Source: Minisyncoccota bacterium (lineage in GTDB: Bacteria > Patescibacteriota > Minisyncoccia > Phycocordibacterales > UBA9973). Taken from it: a stretch of 64,000 nucleotides of DNA. The notes under the pieces are model-generated. The model searched no databases. It saw only the letters and a list, made by a program, of their open reading frames with translations, and had not been told where the DNA came from. The translations under genes were made by a program, and so were the position numbers. The stretch covers positions 1,881 to 65,880 of the forward strand of contig JBAYHJ010000001.1 of assembly GCA_041666225.1 (NCBI GenBank). The letters are read 5' to 3'. Position 1 is the first letter of the stretch; each line of letters begins with the position of its first letter. Below are positions 46,336-56,677 of the stretch, piece after piece.

Positions 46336-47895
46336 ATGTTTCCCATGAAACAAACAACCATAAACAACAATCTAATTCCTAACTATGTTACACATGTAAC
46401 ACAAACACTCGAAAATGCTGGTTTTGAGGTCTTTTTGGTTGGTGGTTGTGTTCGTGATCTTATTATGTCGCAGATACTGGAAGTAAAAAGGGGACCAAAA
46501 GACTGGGATATTACTACAAATGCTATTCCTGAAGAAATCATTCCATTATTTGAAAAAACTATATACGAGAATAATTTTGGAACAGTTGGAGTTTGTATTC
46601 CCGTTGATGATGTTACACATGAAACAGATTCAAACGTTACACATGTAACAAATAGTATAAAATATAACATTTTGGAGGTTACACCGTATAGAACTGAAGC
46701 AAAATATAGTGATTTTAGACATCCAGACGAAGTACAATTTAGTGATAACATAGAAGATGACCTTAAGAGACGTGACTTCACAATAAATGCCCTGGCTTAT
46801 AATCCACATAAAGGACAGATTATTGACCTTTATAAAGGACAAGAAGATATAAAAGACATGGTGATTAGAGCTGTTGGAAATCCTAATGATAGATTCCAAG
46901 AAGATGCTCTTAGGATGCTACGTGCCATACGATTCGGAACTCAATTAAATTTCGCCTTATCATATGACACTATGCAGGCAATAGTGGATAATGCTCATTT
47001 ATTAAAAAATATCTCATTTGAAAGAATCCGAGATGAATTTGTAAAAATCATAATGTCTGAATCTCCAATGATTGGAATTGGTTTACTTTCAAAGCTTGAT
47101 CTCCTAAAATATATTATTCCTGAACTTGAAGAGGGAATTGGATGCGAACAAAAAGGTGAACATATATATGATGTATGGGAACACCTTCTTCATGCTCTTG
47201 ACCATGCAGGCAATAAAGGCTGGTCGCTTGAAGTACGCTTGGCTGCACTGTTTCACGATATTGGAAAACCAAAAACTAGACGCTGGGATGGAACCAAAGC
47301 TGGAGGGAAGGGGAAATATACATTTTACGGACACGAAGTAGTGGGAGCAAGAATGACAAAAATAATATTAGAAAGACTTAAATTCCCAAAGAAAACTAGC
47401 GATTTAGTTTTAAAACTTGTCCGTGGACATATGTTTTTCTCTGATACTGAAATGATCACGCTCTCGGCTGTTCGTCGAGTTGTTCAAAATGTTGGGAAAG
47501 AACACATTTGGGATCTCATGAATGTTCGTGAGTGTGACCGGGTAGGAATGAAAAAGAAAGAAGCCCCTTATCGCTTGCGAAAATACCACGCTATGATAGA
47601 CGAGGTTCTACATGATCCAATATCTGTCGGCCAGCTAGTAATTGATGGTAAATATATGATTGAGGTGTTACACATGAAACCAAGTCCGAGAATGGGCTGG
47701 ATTCTGAGTGCTTTACTTGAGGAAGTACTAGATGATCCAAATAAAAATACAGAGGAACACTTAGCTGAATTAGTAAGATCCCTAGATATGCTCGGCGATG
47801 CCGAACTTAAAACCTTGGGAGATAGGGGAAAAGAAAAACAAGAAAAGCTAGAGGAAGAAGAAATTGACAAACTTCACAAAAAGCATGGGGTATAA
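46336..47895 (+). CDS. cca: CCA-adding enzyme / poly(A) polymerase-family tRNA nucleotidyltransferase with HD domain
   Basis: 519 aa; GGCVRDLIM, RRDFTINALAY, HD motif LAALFHDIGKP; contains VTHVT-encoding palindromic gttacacatgtaac repeats at 46387, 46634. Confidence 0.85.
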   Translation: MFPMKQTTINNNLIPNYVTHVTQTLENAGFEVFLVGGCVRDLIMSQILEVKRGPKDWDITTNAIPEEIIPLFEKTIYENNFGTVGVCIPVDDVTHETDSNVTHVTNSIKYNILEVTPYRTEAKYSDFRHPDEVQFSDNIEDDLKRRDFTINALAYNPHKGQIIDLYKGQEDIKDMVIRAVGNPNDRFQEDALRMLRAIRFGTQLNFALSYDTMQAIVDNAHLLKNISFERIRDEFVKIIMSESPMIGIGLLSKLDLLKYIIPELEEGIGCEQKGEHIYDVWEHLLHALDHAGNKGWSLEVRLAALFHDIGKPKTRRWDGTKAGGKGKYTFYGHEVVGARMTKIILERLKFPKKTSDLVLKLVRGHMFFSDTEMITLSAVRRVVQNVGKEHIWDLMNVRECDRVGMKKKEAPYRLRKYHAMIDEVLHDPISVGQLVIDGKYMIEVLHMKPSPRMGWILSALLEEVLDDPNKNTEEHLAELVRSLDMLGDAELKTLGDRGKEKQEKLEEEEIDKLHKKHGV

Positions 47896-47930
47896 GAAAA
47901 ACCGACTCATTTATGAATCGGTTTATTAAA

Positions 47931-48194
47931 TTATGCTAGCAGGTATGTGATGCCTACTTTTACGGTTTCTCCTTCTATTTGATTAAAATGAAATCCCGTA
48001 AGATCTTCAAGCTTTTTGATGAAGCAAAAAGAGTTTTCTATTAAAATGTAGGTCCTGGTTGATCCTGAGCTATCGCTCTCAAATTCAAGCTTTTCCCCAT
48101 TTCGCGTAACTTGAAATGTTACGCCAATTGATACTTCCCATATTTTAAATATGTCTCCAGCTTGTAATCCTGTGTGTTTTCCGTTTAGTTTCAT
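47931..48194 (-). CDS. small hypothetical protein
   Basis: 87-aa ORF, no recognised motif. Confidence 0.3.
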   Translation of the reverse strand: MKLNGKHTGLQAGDIFKIWEVSIGVTFQVTRNGEKLEFESDSSGSTRTYILIENSFCFIKKLEDLTGFHFNQIEGETVKVGITYLLA

Positions 48195-48365
48195 CTTTTT
48201 TGTTTTAAATATTTTTATTTAATATAATAGTATCATTATTATTACTATTTGTCAATCGTTAATAACATTGGTATTGAGAATATTGTTATAAATTAAGGTA
48301 TACTGATAAATATTATTATTTGTCAGTATAGTTGACATTTAGCATATTAAGAATATACTATTGTT

Positions 48366-49115
48366 ATGACATTGGAACTTATAAAATCACTTGAAAAATT
48401 AGGATTAAGTGAAAAGGAATCAAAAATATATATTGCTGGACTTGGTTTGAGTAAATTTTCAGTTATGGCTATTTCTGAAAAGACTGGGATAAAAAGGCCG
48501 ACCTGCTATTTAATTTTGGAAGATTTAAAAAAGAAAGGCCTTATCACAACCTTTCCGAAAGCAAAAAAAATTTTATATGTAGCCGAACATCCAAACAATC
48601 TTCTAAAAAATACAGAAAATTCTTTCAAATTAGCAAAAGAATTGATGCCCGAATTACAAAATTTAATTGGTTCTACTTCTGAAAAACCAATTTTAAAAGT
48701 ATATGTTGGGCAAAGTGGAATTCATAATATTTTTGAAGATATATTAGAAGACAAAAAAGATTTTTATTATATTGCTTCGGTGACAGATTTAGTTGAAGAA
48801 CTCGGCCAAGAATATCAAGATGAGTGGATTAAAAGAAGGGTTGCTAAAGGAATGCAGTCAACAAGTATCAGAATTCGGGAAGGAGAAACAGATTATCCTC
48901 TTTATGGAAATGCTCCAGAAAATCCAAGAGTAATAAGATATGCCCCCGAAGGATTTAAAATGCCATATACTGTTTTTATTTATGGTAAAAAAGTTGCTTT
49001 TATTTCAAAGAAAAAAGAATTTTTTGGATTTATTGTTGAAAGTAATGATATGTCTATATCTATAAAAGCCCTTTTTGATGTTTTGTGGAATATCTCCTCG
49101 GAAAGTTTAAATTAG
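48366..49115 (+). CDS. TrmB-family transcriptional regulator (paralog 3)
   Basis: wHTH LSEKESKIYIAGLGLSKFSVMAISEKTGIKRPTCYLILEDLKKKGLI. Confidence 0.65.
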   Translation: MTLELIKSLEKLGLSEKESKIYIAGLGLSKFSVMAISEKTGIKRPTCYLILEDLKKKGLITTFPKAKKILYVAEHPNNLLKNTENSFKLAKELMPELQNLIGSTSEKPILKVYVGQSGIHNIFEDILEDKKDFYYIASVTDLVEELGQEYQDEWIKRRVAKGMQSTSIRIREGETDYPLYGNAPENPRVIRYAPEGFKMPYTVFIYGKKVAFISKKKEFFGFIVESNDMSISIKALFDVLWNISSESLN

Positions 49116-49224
49116 TTGGTAAAAAAATTGCCGATGAACAAAAAAAGTTTTCGAATTGGCGTGGTTAGGAGCTAAAAGTTTGAGGAAATAAATATCAAGT
49201 AAGTTTTAGTGATATAATTAATAT

Positions 49225-50190
49225 ATGAAAAAAAATGAAAACAAAATAATAATATATCAGGCTCCTTCTGGAGCCATTGAATTTCGTGGGGATATCAAAA
49301 GTGAAACAATTTGGGCAACACAGGCTCAGATTGCTGAAGTTTTTAATGTAGAAAGATCAGTTATTACAAAACATATTAGAAATATATTAAAAGATAAGGA
49401 ACTTGAAAGATCTTCAGTATGTGCAAAATTTGCACATACTGCCAGTGATGGAAAAACCTACCAAGTAGAACACTACAATTTGGATGTTGTTTTGTCTGTG
49501 GGCTATCGTACAAACTCAAAGATTGCCATAGCTTTTCGACAATGGGTGACTAAGACCTTGCGAGAGCATATTACAAAAGGTTACACCATAAACCGTAAAC
49601 AGATAGCCAAGAATTATGATTCCTTTATGCAAACTGTTGCTAGTATTCAAAATTTATTACCAGAGAATATTACTCTTGACCCAAAGGTAGTTTTGGAATT
49701 AATCAAAGAATTCGCAAGTACTTGGATATCACTCGATGCCTATGATAAAGAATTACTTCAAATAAAAGGAGTTACAAAGAAAAGTATTAAATTAACAGGG
49801 GGTGAATTACTTTCTGCTATTTCAAATTTAAAAAATGAATTAATTAAAAAAGGAGAAACCACAGATTTATTTGCGACCGAAAGACAAAAAGGAAGTGTGG
49901 AGGGTATAGTTGGTAATGTAATGCAAACATTTGGAGGTAAACCACTTTATGAAACTGCTGAAGAAAAAGCAGCGCATCTTCTGTATTTCATGGTGAAGAA
50001 TCATCCTTTCATAGATGGGAATAAACGTTCAGGTGCATTCACTTTCATTTGGTTTATAAGAAAAACAAGAATAAAAGGTTTTAAAAATATAAATCCAGCA
50101 ACATTAACCACACTCACACTTCTAATTGCCGAAAGTGATCCTAAAGATAAAGAGCAGATGGTTGCACTCGTTACCCAATTACTAAAATAA
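49225..50190 (+). CDS. RhuM-family N-domain fused to Fic/Doc domain protein
   Basis: 321 aa; RhuM-like ...ETIWATQAQIAEVFNVERSVITKHIRNI...HYNLDVVLSVGYR; Fic motif HPFIDGNKRSGA. Confidence 0.8.
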   Translation: MKKNENKIIIYQAPSGAIEFRGDIKSETIWATQAQIAEVFNVERSVITKHIRNILKDKELERSSVCAKFAHTASDGKTYQVEHYNLDVVLSVGYRTNSKIAIAFRQWVTKTLREHITKGYTINRKQIAKNYDSFMQTVASIQNLLPENITLDPKVVLELIKEFASTWISLDAYDKELLQIKGVTKKSIKLTGGELLSAISNLKNELIKKGETTDLFATERQKGSVEGIVGNVMQTFGGKPLYETAEEKAAHLLYFMVKNHPFIDGNKRSGAFTFIWFIRKTRIKGFKNINPATLTTLTLLIAESDPKDKEQMVALVTQLLK

Positions 50191-50198
50191 TATTTTTA

Positions 50199-50966
50199 TT
50201 AAAATTCAATCATTATCGGGCAATGATCTGAGCCATAGTAATCAGATATAGTTTTAAAACTTTTTATATTTTTCACAAAAGATTGATTTGTAAAAAAGTA
50301 ATCTATTCGCCAGCCGACGTTGCGGTCGCGAGCACGAGTTTTCTGATCCCAGTATGTGTAAACATCTTTTTTGTTTGGATATAAATTACGAAAAATATCT
50401 ACCCAACCATTATTTATCAACTCATCCATCCAAGCACGTTCAATAGGTAGGAATCCTGTATTTCCTTCATTTGCCTTTGGCCTTGCAAGGTCTATTTCTT
50501 CATGAGCAGTATTTATATCACCACAAAAAATAACATTTTTACCTTGTTTCTTTAATTTATTTATAAATTCTAAAAAAGCATCATAAAATTCCAACTTGTA
50601 TTTCAATCTTTCTGGACCTCCACCTCCGTTAGGGAAGTAGCAGTTGATGAGAACAAAGTTTTTATAGTAAGCAACTAGAGTTCGCCCTTCATCGTCAAAT
50701 CTTTTTTCACCGATTCCATATTCAACTTTTTCTGGTTTTTCTTTTGAATAAATCGCGACACCACTGTAACCTTTTCTTAATTTTGAGTATGAAAAATATG
50801 AATTATAACCCTTTAGATTTCTAGTATCTGCATCAAGTTGTTCTGGTTCGCATTTTGTTTCTTGAAGGCAGACAATATCGGGATTGTTAAAAGAAAACAA
50901 AGGCACAAAATGACCTTGTTTAACCGTCGCTCGCAATCCATTTGTGTTCCAAGAAATTATTTTCAT
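50199..50966 (-). CDS. xth: exodeoxyribonuclease III (AP endonuclease)
   Basis: 255 aa; MKIISWNTNGLRA...CLQETK...GDINTAHEEIDL...SDHCP. Confidence 0.9.
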   Translation of the reverse strand: MKIISWNTNGLRATVKQGHFVPLFSFNNPDIVCLQETKCEPEQLDADTRNLKGYNSYFSYSKLRKGYSGVAIYSKEKPEKVEYGIGEKRFDDEGRTLVAYYKNFVLINCYFPNGGGGPERLKYKLEFYDAFLEFINKLKKQGKNVIFCGDINTAHEEIDLARPKANEGNTGFLPIERAWMDELINNGWVDIFRNLYPNKKDVYTYWDQKTRARDRNVGWRIDYFFTNQSFVKNIKSFKTISDYYGSDHCPIMIEF

Positions 50967-51060
50967 AATAGTATTATTTTACTACAAAAAATTAAATAAT
51001 GCTTATATGTAATCATGTTGGTCTCTAAAAAAGAGGCTGGAATTATTTTCCGGCCTCTTT

Positions 51061-51990
51061 TTACTTACTATGAAACTTTTTATGAACATCTCGAAGTTGT
51101 TTATCTGTTATATGTGTATATATCTGGGTTGTAGCAATGTTGGCATGACCAAGCATCATTTGGACAGAACGAATATCCGCCCCGTTTGAAAGTAAGTCTG
51201 TCGCAAATGAGTGGCGAATGATATGTGGAGTTACTTTTTTTGATATTCCAGCCACGATTGCATAGTATTTTACAATGCGTTCTATCGAACGGGGAGTTAG
51301 CCTATTTCCTTTCGCTCCATTTTGAGAATATTGGATAAATAAAGGCTCATCCATATCTTTACGAATTTTTAAATATTCTCGAATTGCATCTTTAGCAGAA
51401 TCAGATAAAAATACTACTCGCACCTTTTCCCCCTTACCACGAATAGAAAATTCATCTTTTGATAAATCTAGATCACGATTAATAGAGCAAAGCTCAGAAA
51501 GACGAAGCCCCGTTGAAAAAAATAGCTCCAAAATAGCCTTATCTCGCAACATTTTCCCCAGCCCTAAGTCGGACTTAGGGCTGTTAAGAGGGGCATTTAA
51601 AAGTCGATTTAATTCATCTGTTGATATTAAGTCGAGAGAACGCTCTTTTATTTTAGCTAAGTCTATACGTTCAGGAGAAAGGGAAGTAATACCCCTTTTC
51701 ATCAAGTATTTAAGAAATGAACGAAGAGCAATAAGATGATAATTCTGAGTATTTTTCTTGAGAGTTCCGGCTTGTTGACCTTTTGTTTTAGCACCAGGCT
51801 GACGATTGAGATATAATCTAAACTCTCGAATTTTGTCATCTGTTATTTCTTTCGGTTCGGAAATTTTAGCAAAAGTGAAAAAACGAGTTAAATAGTGGTC
51901 GTAATTATTGACCGTTTTTAGACTGTTTCCTTTCTCAATTTCTACATGTTCAAGGAATTCTCTTTTTAATTGTTCGAATTCTGTGGTCAT
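51061..51990 (-). CDS. xerD: tyrosine site-specific recombinase (XerC/XerD-type)
   Basis: 309 aa; catalytic RHSFATDLLSNGADIRSVQMMLGHANIATTQIYTHI. Confidence 0.85.
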   Translation of the reverse strand: MTTEFEQLKREFLEHVEIEKGNSLKTVNNYDHYLTRFFTFAKISEPKEITDDKIREFRLYLNRQPGAKTKGQQAGTLKKNTQNYHLIALRSFLKYLMKRGITSLSPERIDLAKIKERSLDLISTDELNRLLNAPLNSPKSDLGLGKMLRDKAILELFFSTGLRLSELCSINRDLDLSKDEFSIRGKGEKVRVVFLSDSAKDAIREYLKIRKDMDEPLFIQYSQNGAKGNRLTPRSIERIVKYYAIVAGISKKVTPHIIRHSFATDLLSNGADIRSVQMMLGHANIATTQIYTHITDKQLRDVHKKFHSK

Positions 51991-52081
51991 AATTAATGTC
52001 GTACAATAATTGTATCATAAGATGCCTAAATTATGCATATATGGCCGACCCCTTGCATTTTTTAACAATTTATGCTAATAT

Positions 52082-52351
52082 ATGCTCACGATGTTAACAA
52101 CAAAGAAAAAGCAAAATATTATAAAAAAGAACCAACTGCACGATAAAGACACTGGAAGTGCATCAGTTCAGATCGCTATTTTGAGTAAAAGGATAGATGA
52201 GCTTGCTGGTCACCTAAAAGAACACAAAAAAGACAACAGTTCTCGTCGTGGATTGATAAAAATGGTTGCTGATCGTAGAAATCATTTAAAACATCTCGAA
52301 AAAACTGATAAGGAAAGATACGCGACAGAAACTAAAAAATTAAAAGCCTAA
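52082..52351 (+). CDS. rpsO: 30S ribosomal protein S15
   Basis: GSASVQIAILSKRIDELAGHLKEHKKDNSSRRGLIKMVADRRNHLKHL; terminator cccgacactgtcggg at 52368-52390. Confidence 0.9.
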   Translation: MLTMLTTKKKQNIIKKNQLHDKDTGSASVQIAILSKRIDELAGHLKEHKKDNSSRRGLIKMVADRRNHLKHLEKTDKERYATETKKLKA

Positions 52352-52562
52352 CAAAATTCCCGACACTGTCGGGTCTTTTGTTATATAATGGAATTGTTGT
52401 TAACATGACAATAGGTCGATAATTAATTTTTAATATAAAAAGCTTCACAAATTATATTCTAAAAAAAGTCCTCGGATGAGGGAGGACAAGGAGCCACCCA
52501 GTAGGTGATTCTCCTGAATCAGACATTTTTTCATAAAATAATTTGTTTCGCTATTAAACTAT

Positions 52563-53069
52563 ATGAGTGTAATAAAACACAAAGAACAAAGAGTAGGGGT
52601 TTTTATAGATACATCAAATCTATATCACTCTGCAAAAAATTTATATAAAAGGAAAGTAAACTTCGGGGCAGTTTTAAAAGATGCAGTAGCAGGACGCAAA
52701 CTTGTCCGTGCAATTGCTTACGTTATCACAAGTGAGGGCGGTGAAGAAAAAAACTTTTTTGATGCATTAACAAAACTTGGAATTGAAACAAAAACAAAAG
52801 ATTTACAAATTTTTTCAGGTGGAGCAAAAAAGGGGGATTGGGATGTCGGACTTGCAGTTGATGCCATGAAGATGGCTCCAAAACTCGACGCAGTTATATT
52901 GGTCGCAGGGGATGGAGATTTTGTCCCTCTAGTAGAATATTTACAAAGTACATCTGGAGTTCAAGTGGAAGTAGTATCTTTTGGAAAGAGTGCTTCAATG
53001 AAACTAAAAGAACAAGCCGATGATTTCCTAGACCTCTCAAATAATTATCGTAAGTATTTAATTTATTAA
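52563..53069 (+). CDS. NYN-domain (LabA-like) protein
   Basis: 168 aa; VFIDTSNLYHS...VAGDGDFVPLV; terminator 53073-53105. Confidence 0.75.
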   Translation: MSVIKHKEQRVGVFIDTSNLYHSAKNLYKRKVNFGAVLKDAVAGRKLVRAIAYVITSEGGEEKNFFDALTKLGIETKTKDLQIFSGGAKKGDWDVGLAVDAMKMAPKLDAVILVAGDGDFVPLVEYLQSTSGVQVEVVSFGKSASMKLKEQADDFLDLSNNYRKYLIY

Positions 53070-53118
53070 ATAAAAAAACCGCGCTGACATCAGTGCGGTT
53101 TTTTGTTTCAAAAATATA

Positions 53119-53406
53119 TTAATACTCCCCGTCGTCTATTCCTTCAACAGAGAAATTGAATGCGTGTTGACGTTGTTTAATTAGAAATAATTGTTTCCAA
53201 AAAAATAACGTCTCTGTGGATTTTATTTCCACAAGGTCGTATGCCATTTTAGTTGGACTAAAAACCATTCTTTTAAATACTTTTAATATAAAAGAGCGAG
53301 TGTTGCCTTCGTTGGCAACTTCACCAATGATGGTTTCTATCCTACCGTCTGGCATCAGTTTACAAATCTCTAGATTTTCACCTGAAGATATTTTTATTTT
53401 TTTCAT
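53119..53406 (-). CDS. small hypothetical protein
   Basis: 95-aa ORF. Confidence 0.3.
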   Translation of the reverse strand: MKKIKISSGENLEICKLMPDGRIETIIGEVANEGNTRSFILKVFKRMVFSPTKMAYDLVEIKSTETLFFWKQLFLIKQRQHAFNFSVEGIDDGEY

Positions 53407-53572
53407 GGCTGTGGTTTTTCTTTTACATTATAACAATAATCTATCATTGTCAATCAGCGTTTTTTTTGCTATTATAGTTCTATTAATAGTTATTTAATTT
53501 GTTAATCTCCGAACAATTAGCGTTGAAACAAAAAGTTTCAAAACTAGAGTTTGGAGAGTAGCACTAAAATAT

Positions 53573-55708
53573 ATGCAAAGTAAAGAATACGAAGTAGAAA
53601 TCGGTGGCAAGAAAATTGTCGCATTTTTTAGTGATTTAGCTGACCAAGCAAATGGTTCAGTAATTTTAAAAAGTGAGGGGACAGTAGTTATGGCTACAGC
53701 CGTCATCTCAAAAGATGGAAGTAAAAATTTAGGATTTTTTAATCTAACAGTCGAGTATTTAGAAAAGTTTTACGCTGCTGGAAAAATTCTTGGTGGACAA
53801 TACAATAAGAGGGAGGGCCGACCAAGTGACCAAGCTATCTTGGCTGCTCGCATGATCGATCGTACTATCCGTCCGCTTTTCGATCATCATATAAAAAATG
53901 CTGTGCAAGTAATTGTCACAGTAATTGCAGTAGGAGAAACTGATCCAAAAGTTTTAGGAATCAATGCGGCATCAGTGGCATTACAAATGTCTGACATCCC
54001 TTGGAACGGTCCAATTGGTGCAGTTCAAATAAGTAAAACAAGTGATGACAAAGAAGTAAAAGTAAATCACTATATCCCAAGTCAAGACGAATCAGTGTAC
54101 GCACTTGATCTTCTTGTTTGTGGAAAAGATAAAACAATCAACATGATCGAAGCGATGGCATATGAATTAAACGAAGAAGAAATGGGGAGTTGTTTTGATC
54201 TTGCTTCTAGTGAAATCACAAAGTGGGAAGATTTCCAAAAGAAACTTCAAGGTGAATTTGGTAAGACGAAACTTGTATTTCCAAAGCCGGTAATAGATGA
54301 AAGTGTTACCACTCTCTTTAATGAAAAAATTAAATCAACACTCGATGCAAAACTTTTCACTAAAGAAAGTAAAAAAATTTCAAGTGAAGTTGAGGCTCTT
54401 TGGAGTGAATTATTAAAAGAAAAATATCCAAATGAAGAAGATGAAGCAACACTTAGTGCGGCTGAAGATTATTTACATCATTACTTAGACAATGAGTTCC
54501 ATAGAGTTGCATTGGAAAATGGAACTCGTGCTGATGGAAGAAAAGTTGATGAGATACGAAAACTTTTTGCTAAAGCAGGTGGAGTGTCTCCTGTGTTACA
54601 CGGTTCTGGAATATTTTACAGAGGGGAAACACACGTTCTATCGGTGCTCGCACTTGGTGGGCCTGAAGATATGCTACTTGTGCAAGGAATGGAATCTGAA
54701 TTAAAAAAACGTTTCATACATCACTACAATTTCCCTCCGTACTCAGGTGGTGAGACAGGGCGTGTTGGTGGAATCAATCGTCGTGAAATGGGTCACGGAT
54801 TTTTAGCAGAAAAAGCACTCACTCCAATTATTCCAAATAAAATAAATTTTCCTTATACGATTCGTGTTGTGTCTGAATCAACAGCTTCAAACGGTTCAAC
54901 TTCCCAAGCTTCAATCTGTGCAGCAACTCTTGCTTTGATGGATGGAGGTGTCCCAATCAAAAGTCCGGTAGCTGGAATTTCTGTCGGACTAATGGCAAGT
55001 GAAAAAGATGAAAATAAATATGTTTTACTTTCTGATATTCAAGGACCGGAAGATCACTACGGAGACATGGATTTCAAAGTTGCTGGCACAAAAGATGGTA
55101 TCACGGCAATTCAACTTGATGTGAAAGTAGATGGAGTCAGAATCCCGATTTTAAAAGAAGCACTTGTCCGCGCAAAAAATGCACGTCTAGAAATTCTTGA
55201 AACTATCACAAAAGAAATCGCATCACCACGCGCAAGTATTTCTCCAAGGGCTCCGATGATATTAACTATTAAAATTAAAAAAGATCAAATCGGAATGGTT
55301 ATTGGCCCCGGTGGAAAAAACATCAATGCAATTCGAGAAGAAACAGGAACTGAAATTACAATCGAGGAAGATGGAACAGTTTTTGTCACAGGTAAAAATG
55401 GAGGGGCGGAAAAAGCAGTCAAGATAATTGAGGATATGACTCATGAATACAAGATTGGAGAGAAAGCTGATGGCGAAGTTGTAAAACTTATGGATTTTGG
55501 AGCCTTTGTTCGCATTGGACATGACACTGAGGGCTTAGTTCACATTTCAGAAATAGCCCCATTCCGTGTTGAGAAAGTTTCTGATATTCTTAAGGAGGGG
55601 GATAAAGTTCCCGTGAAAATAATCAAAGTGGATGAGAGAGGCAGATTAAACTTTTCAATCAAAGATGCAGATAGTAATTTTTTCAAGAAACCAGAATTAG
55701 ATAAATAA
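53573..55708 (+). CDS. pnp: polyribonucleotide nucleotidyltransferase (PNPase)
   Basis: 711 aa; two RNase PH domains, KH (GMVIGPGGKNI) and S1 domains. Confidence 0.95.
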   Translation: MQSKEYEVEIGGKKIVAFFSDLADQANGSVILKSEGTVVMATAVISKDGSKNLGFFNLTVEYLEKFYAAGKILGGQYNKREGRPSDQAILAARMIDRTIRPLFDHHIKNAVQVIVTVIAVGETDPKVLGINAASVALQMSDIPWNGPIGAVQISKTSDDKEVKVNHYIPSQDESVYALDLLVCGKDKTINMIEAMAYELNEEEMGSCFDLASSEITKWEDFQKKLQGEFGKTKLVFPKPVIDESVTTLFNEKIKSTLDAKLFTKESKKISSEVEALWSELLKEKYPNEEDEATLSAAEDYLHHYLDNEFHRVALENGTRADGRKVDEIRKLFAKAGGVSPVLHGSGIFYRGETHVLSVLALGGPEDMLLVQGMESELKKRFIHHYNFPPYSGGETGRVGGINRREMGHGFLAEKALTPIIPNKINFPYTIRVVSESTASNGSTSQASICAATLALMDGGVPIKSPVAGISVGLMASEKDENKYVLLSDIQGPEDHYGDMDFKVAGTKDGITAIQLDVKVDGVRIPILKEALVRAKNARLEILETITKEIASPRASISPRAPMILTIKIKKDQIGMVIGPGGKNINAIREETGTEITIEEDGTVFVTGKNGGAEKAVKIIEDMTHEYKIGEKADGEVVKLMDFGAFVRIGHDTEGLVHISEIAPFRVEKVSDILKEGDKVPVKIIKVDERGRLNFSIKDADSNFFKKPELDK

Positions 55709-55735
55709 AATAATAGTTTTGTTTATAAAAAAAAT

Positions 55736-56638
55736 ATGGATGAAAATAAACCACAACAAAATGACACCGACATAAAAGTTCTCCGAACATATACTTCTGA
55801 TATGGCCGATGCTGTTCGAATAAACGAAATGTCTGTGATCAAAATAGCTCTTGCTGAAAAAGAAAAACGTGAAAGGGAAGAGATATACAAAAAAGCCGAA
55901 GGAACAAATACTTCAAAAACTTTTCTAGTAATTGGAGGTATAATTTTAATCGCTGTTGCAATTTTTGGATCTTATTTTATTTTTCAAAAAACAAAAGAAA
56001 AGAAAATCCCACCACAGATAACGACAAATATTGAGACAATTATAACATATGATTCAAAATCAAATATAGATGTAACAAATATAACTGGTATAAGTGATTT
56101 AATTTCTGAAATAAAAAAAGGGCAAGATTCAAATCCAAGTTTGATTAAAGCACTTTTCTTTATAAAAAATAATAATGGTATAACCGAAAATATTAGTTCT
56201 AGTAATTTTCTCTCATTAATTAAAACATCAGCACCCGGAGCACTCATAAGATCATTGTCTGATAAATATTTGTTTGGAAAATATTCAAACTCAAATGCAA
56301 TAAATGAAAAAGATAAATATGCAACTTTTTTAATCTTTCAAACAAACAATTATACTCAAACCTATGCTTCAATGCTTGATTGGGAAAAAACAATGTTAAA
56401 AGATTTATTTACTATTTTTGAAATCACTATACCAGAATCAGAAAATTCATTATTTGAAAAACCATGGAAAGATCTAATTGTAAACAATAAAGATGTTCGT
56501 GTATTATATGGAGACACCGGAGAAGGCATACTGTATTATGTTTTTGTAAACAAAGATAATCTTGTTATTGCCAATAACTTGGAAACACTGAAAGAAGTTA
56601 TGTCGAGAATAATAATAAAAAATACTCAACCACTCTAA
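55736..56638 (+). CDS. hypothetical single-pass membrane protein
   Basis: 300 aa; TM FLVIGGIILIAVAIFGSYFIF. Confidence 0.5.
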   Translation: MDENKPQQNDTDIKVLRTYTSDMADAVRINEMSVIKIALAEKEKREREEIYKKAEGTNTSKTFLVIGGIILIAVAIFGSYFIFQKTKEKKIPPQITTNIETIITYDSKSNIDVTNITGISDLISEIKKGQDSNPSLIKALFFIKNNNGITENISSSNFLSLIKTSAPGALIRSLSDKYLFGKYSNSNAINEKDKYATFLIFQTNNYTQTYASMLDWEKTMLKDLFTIFEITIPESENSLFEKPWKDLIVNNKDVRVLYGDTGEGILYYVFVNKDNLVIANNLETLKEVMSRIIIKNTQPL

Positions 56639-56677
56639 ATAGTTGTCAAATACTCAATAAATGTTAATATAATAATT

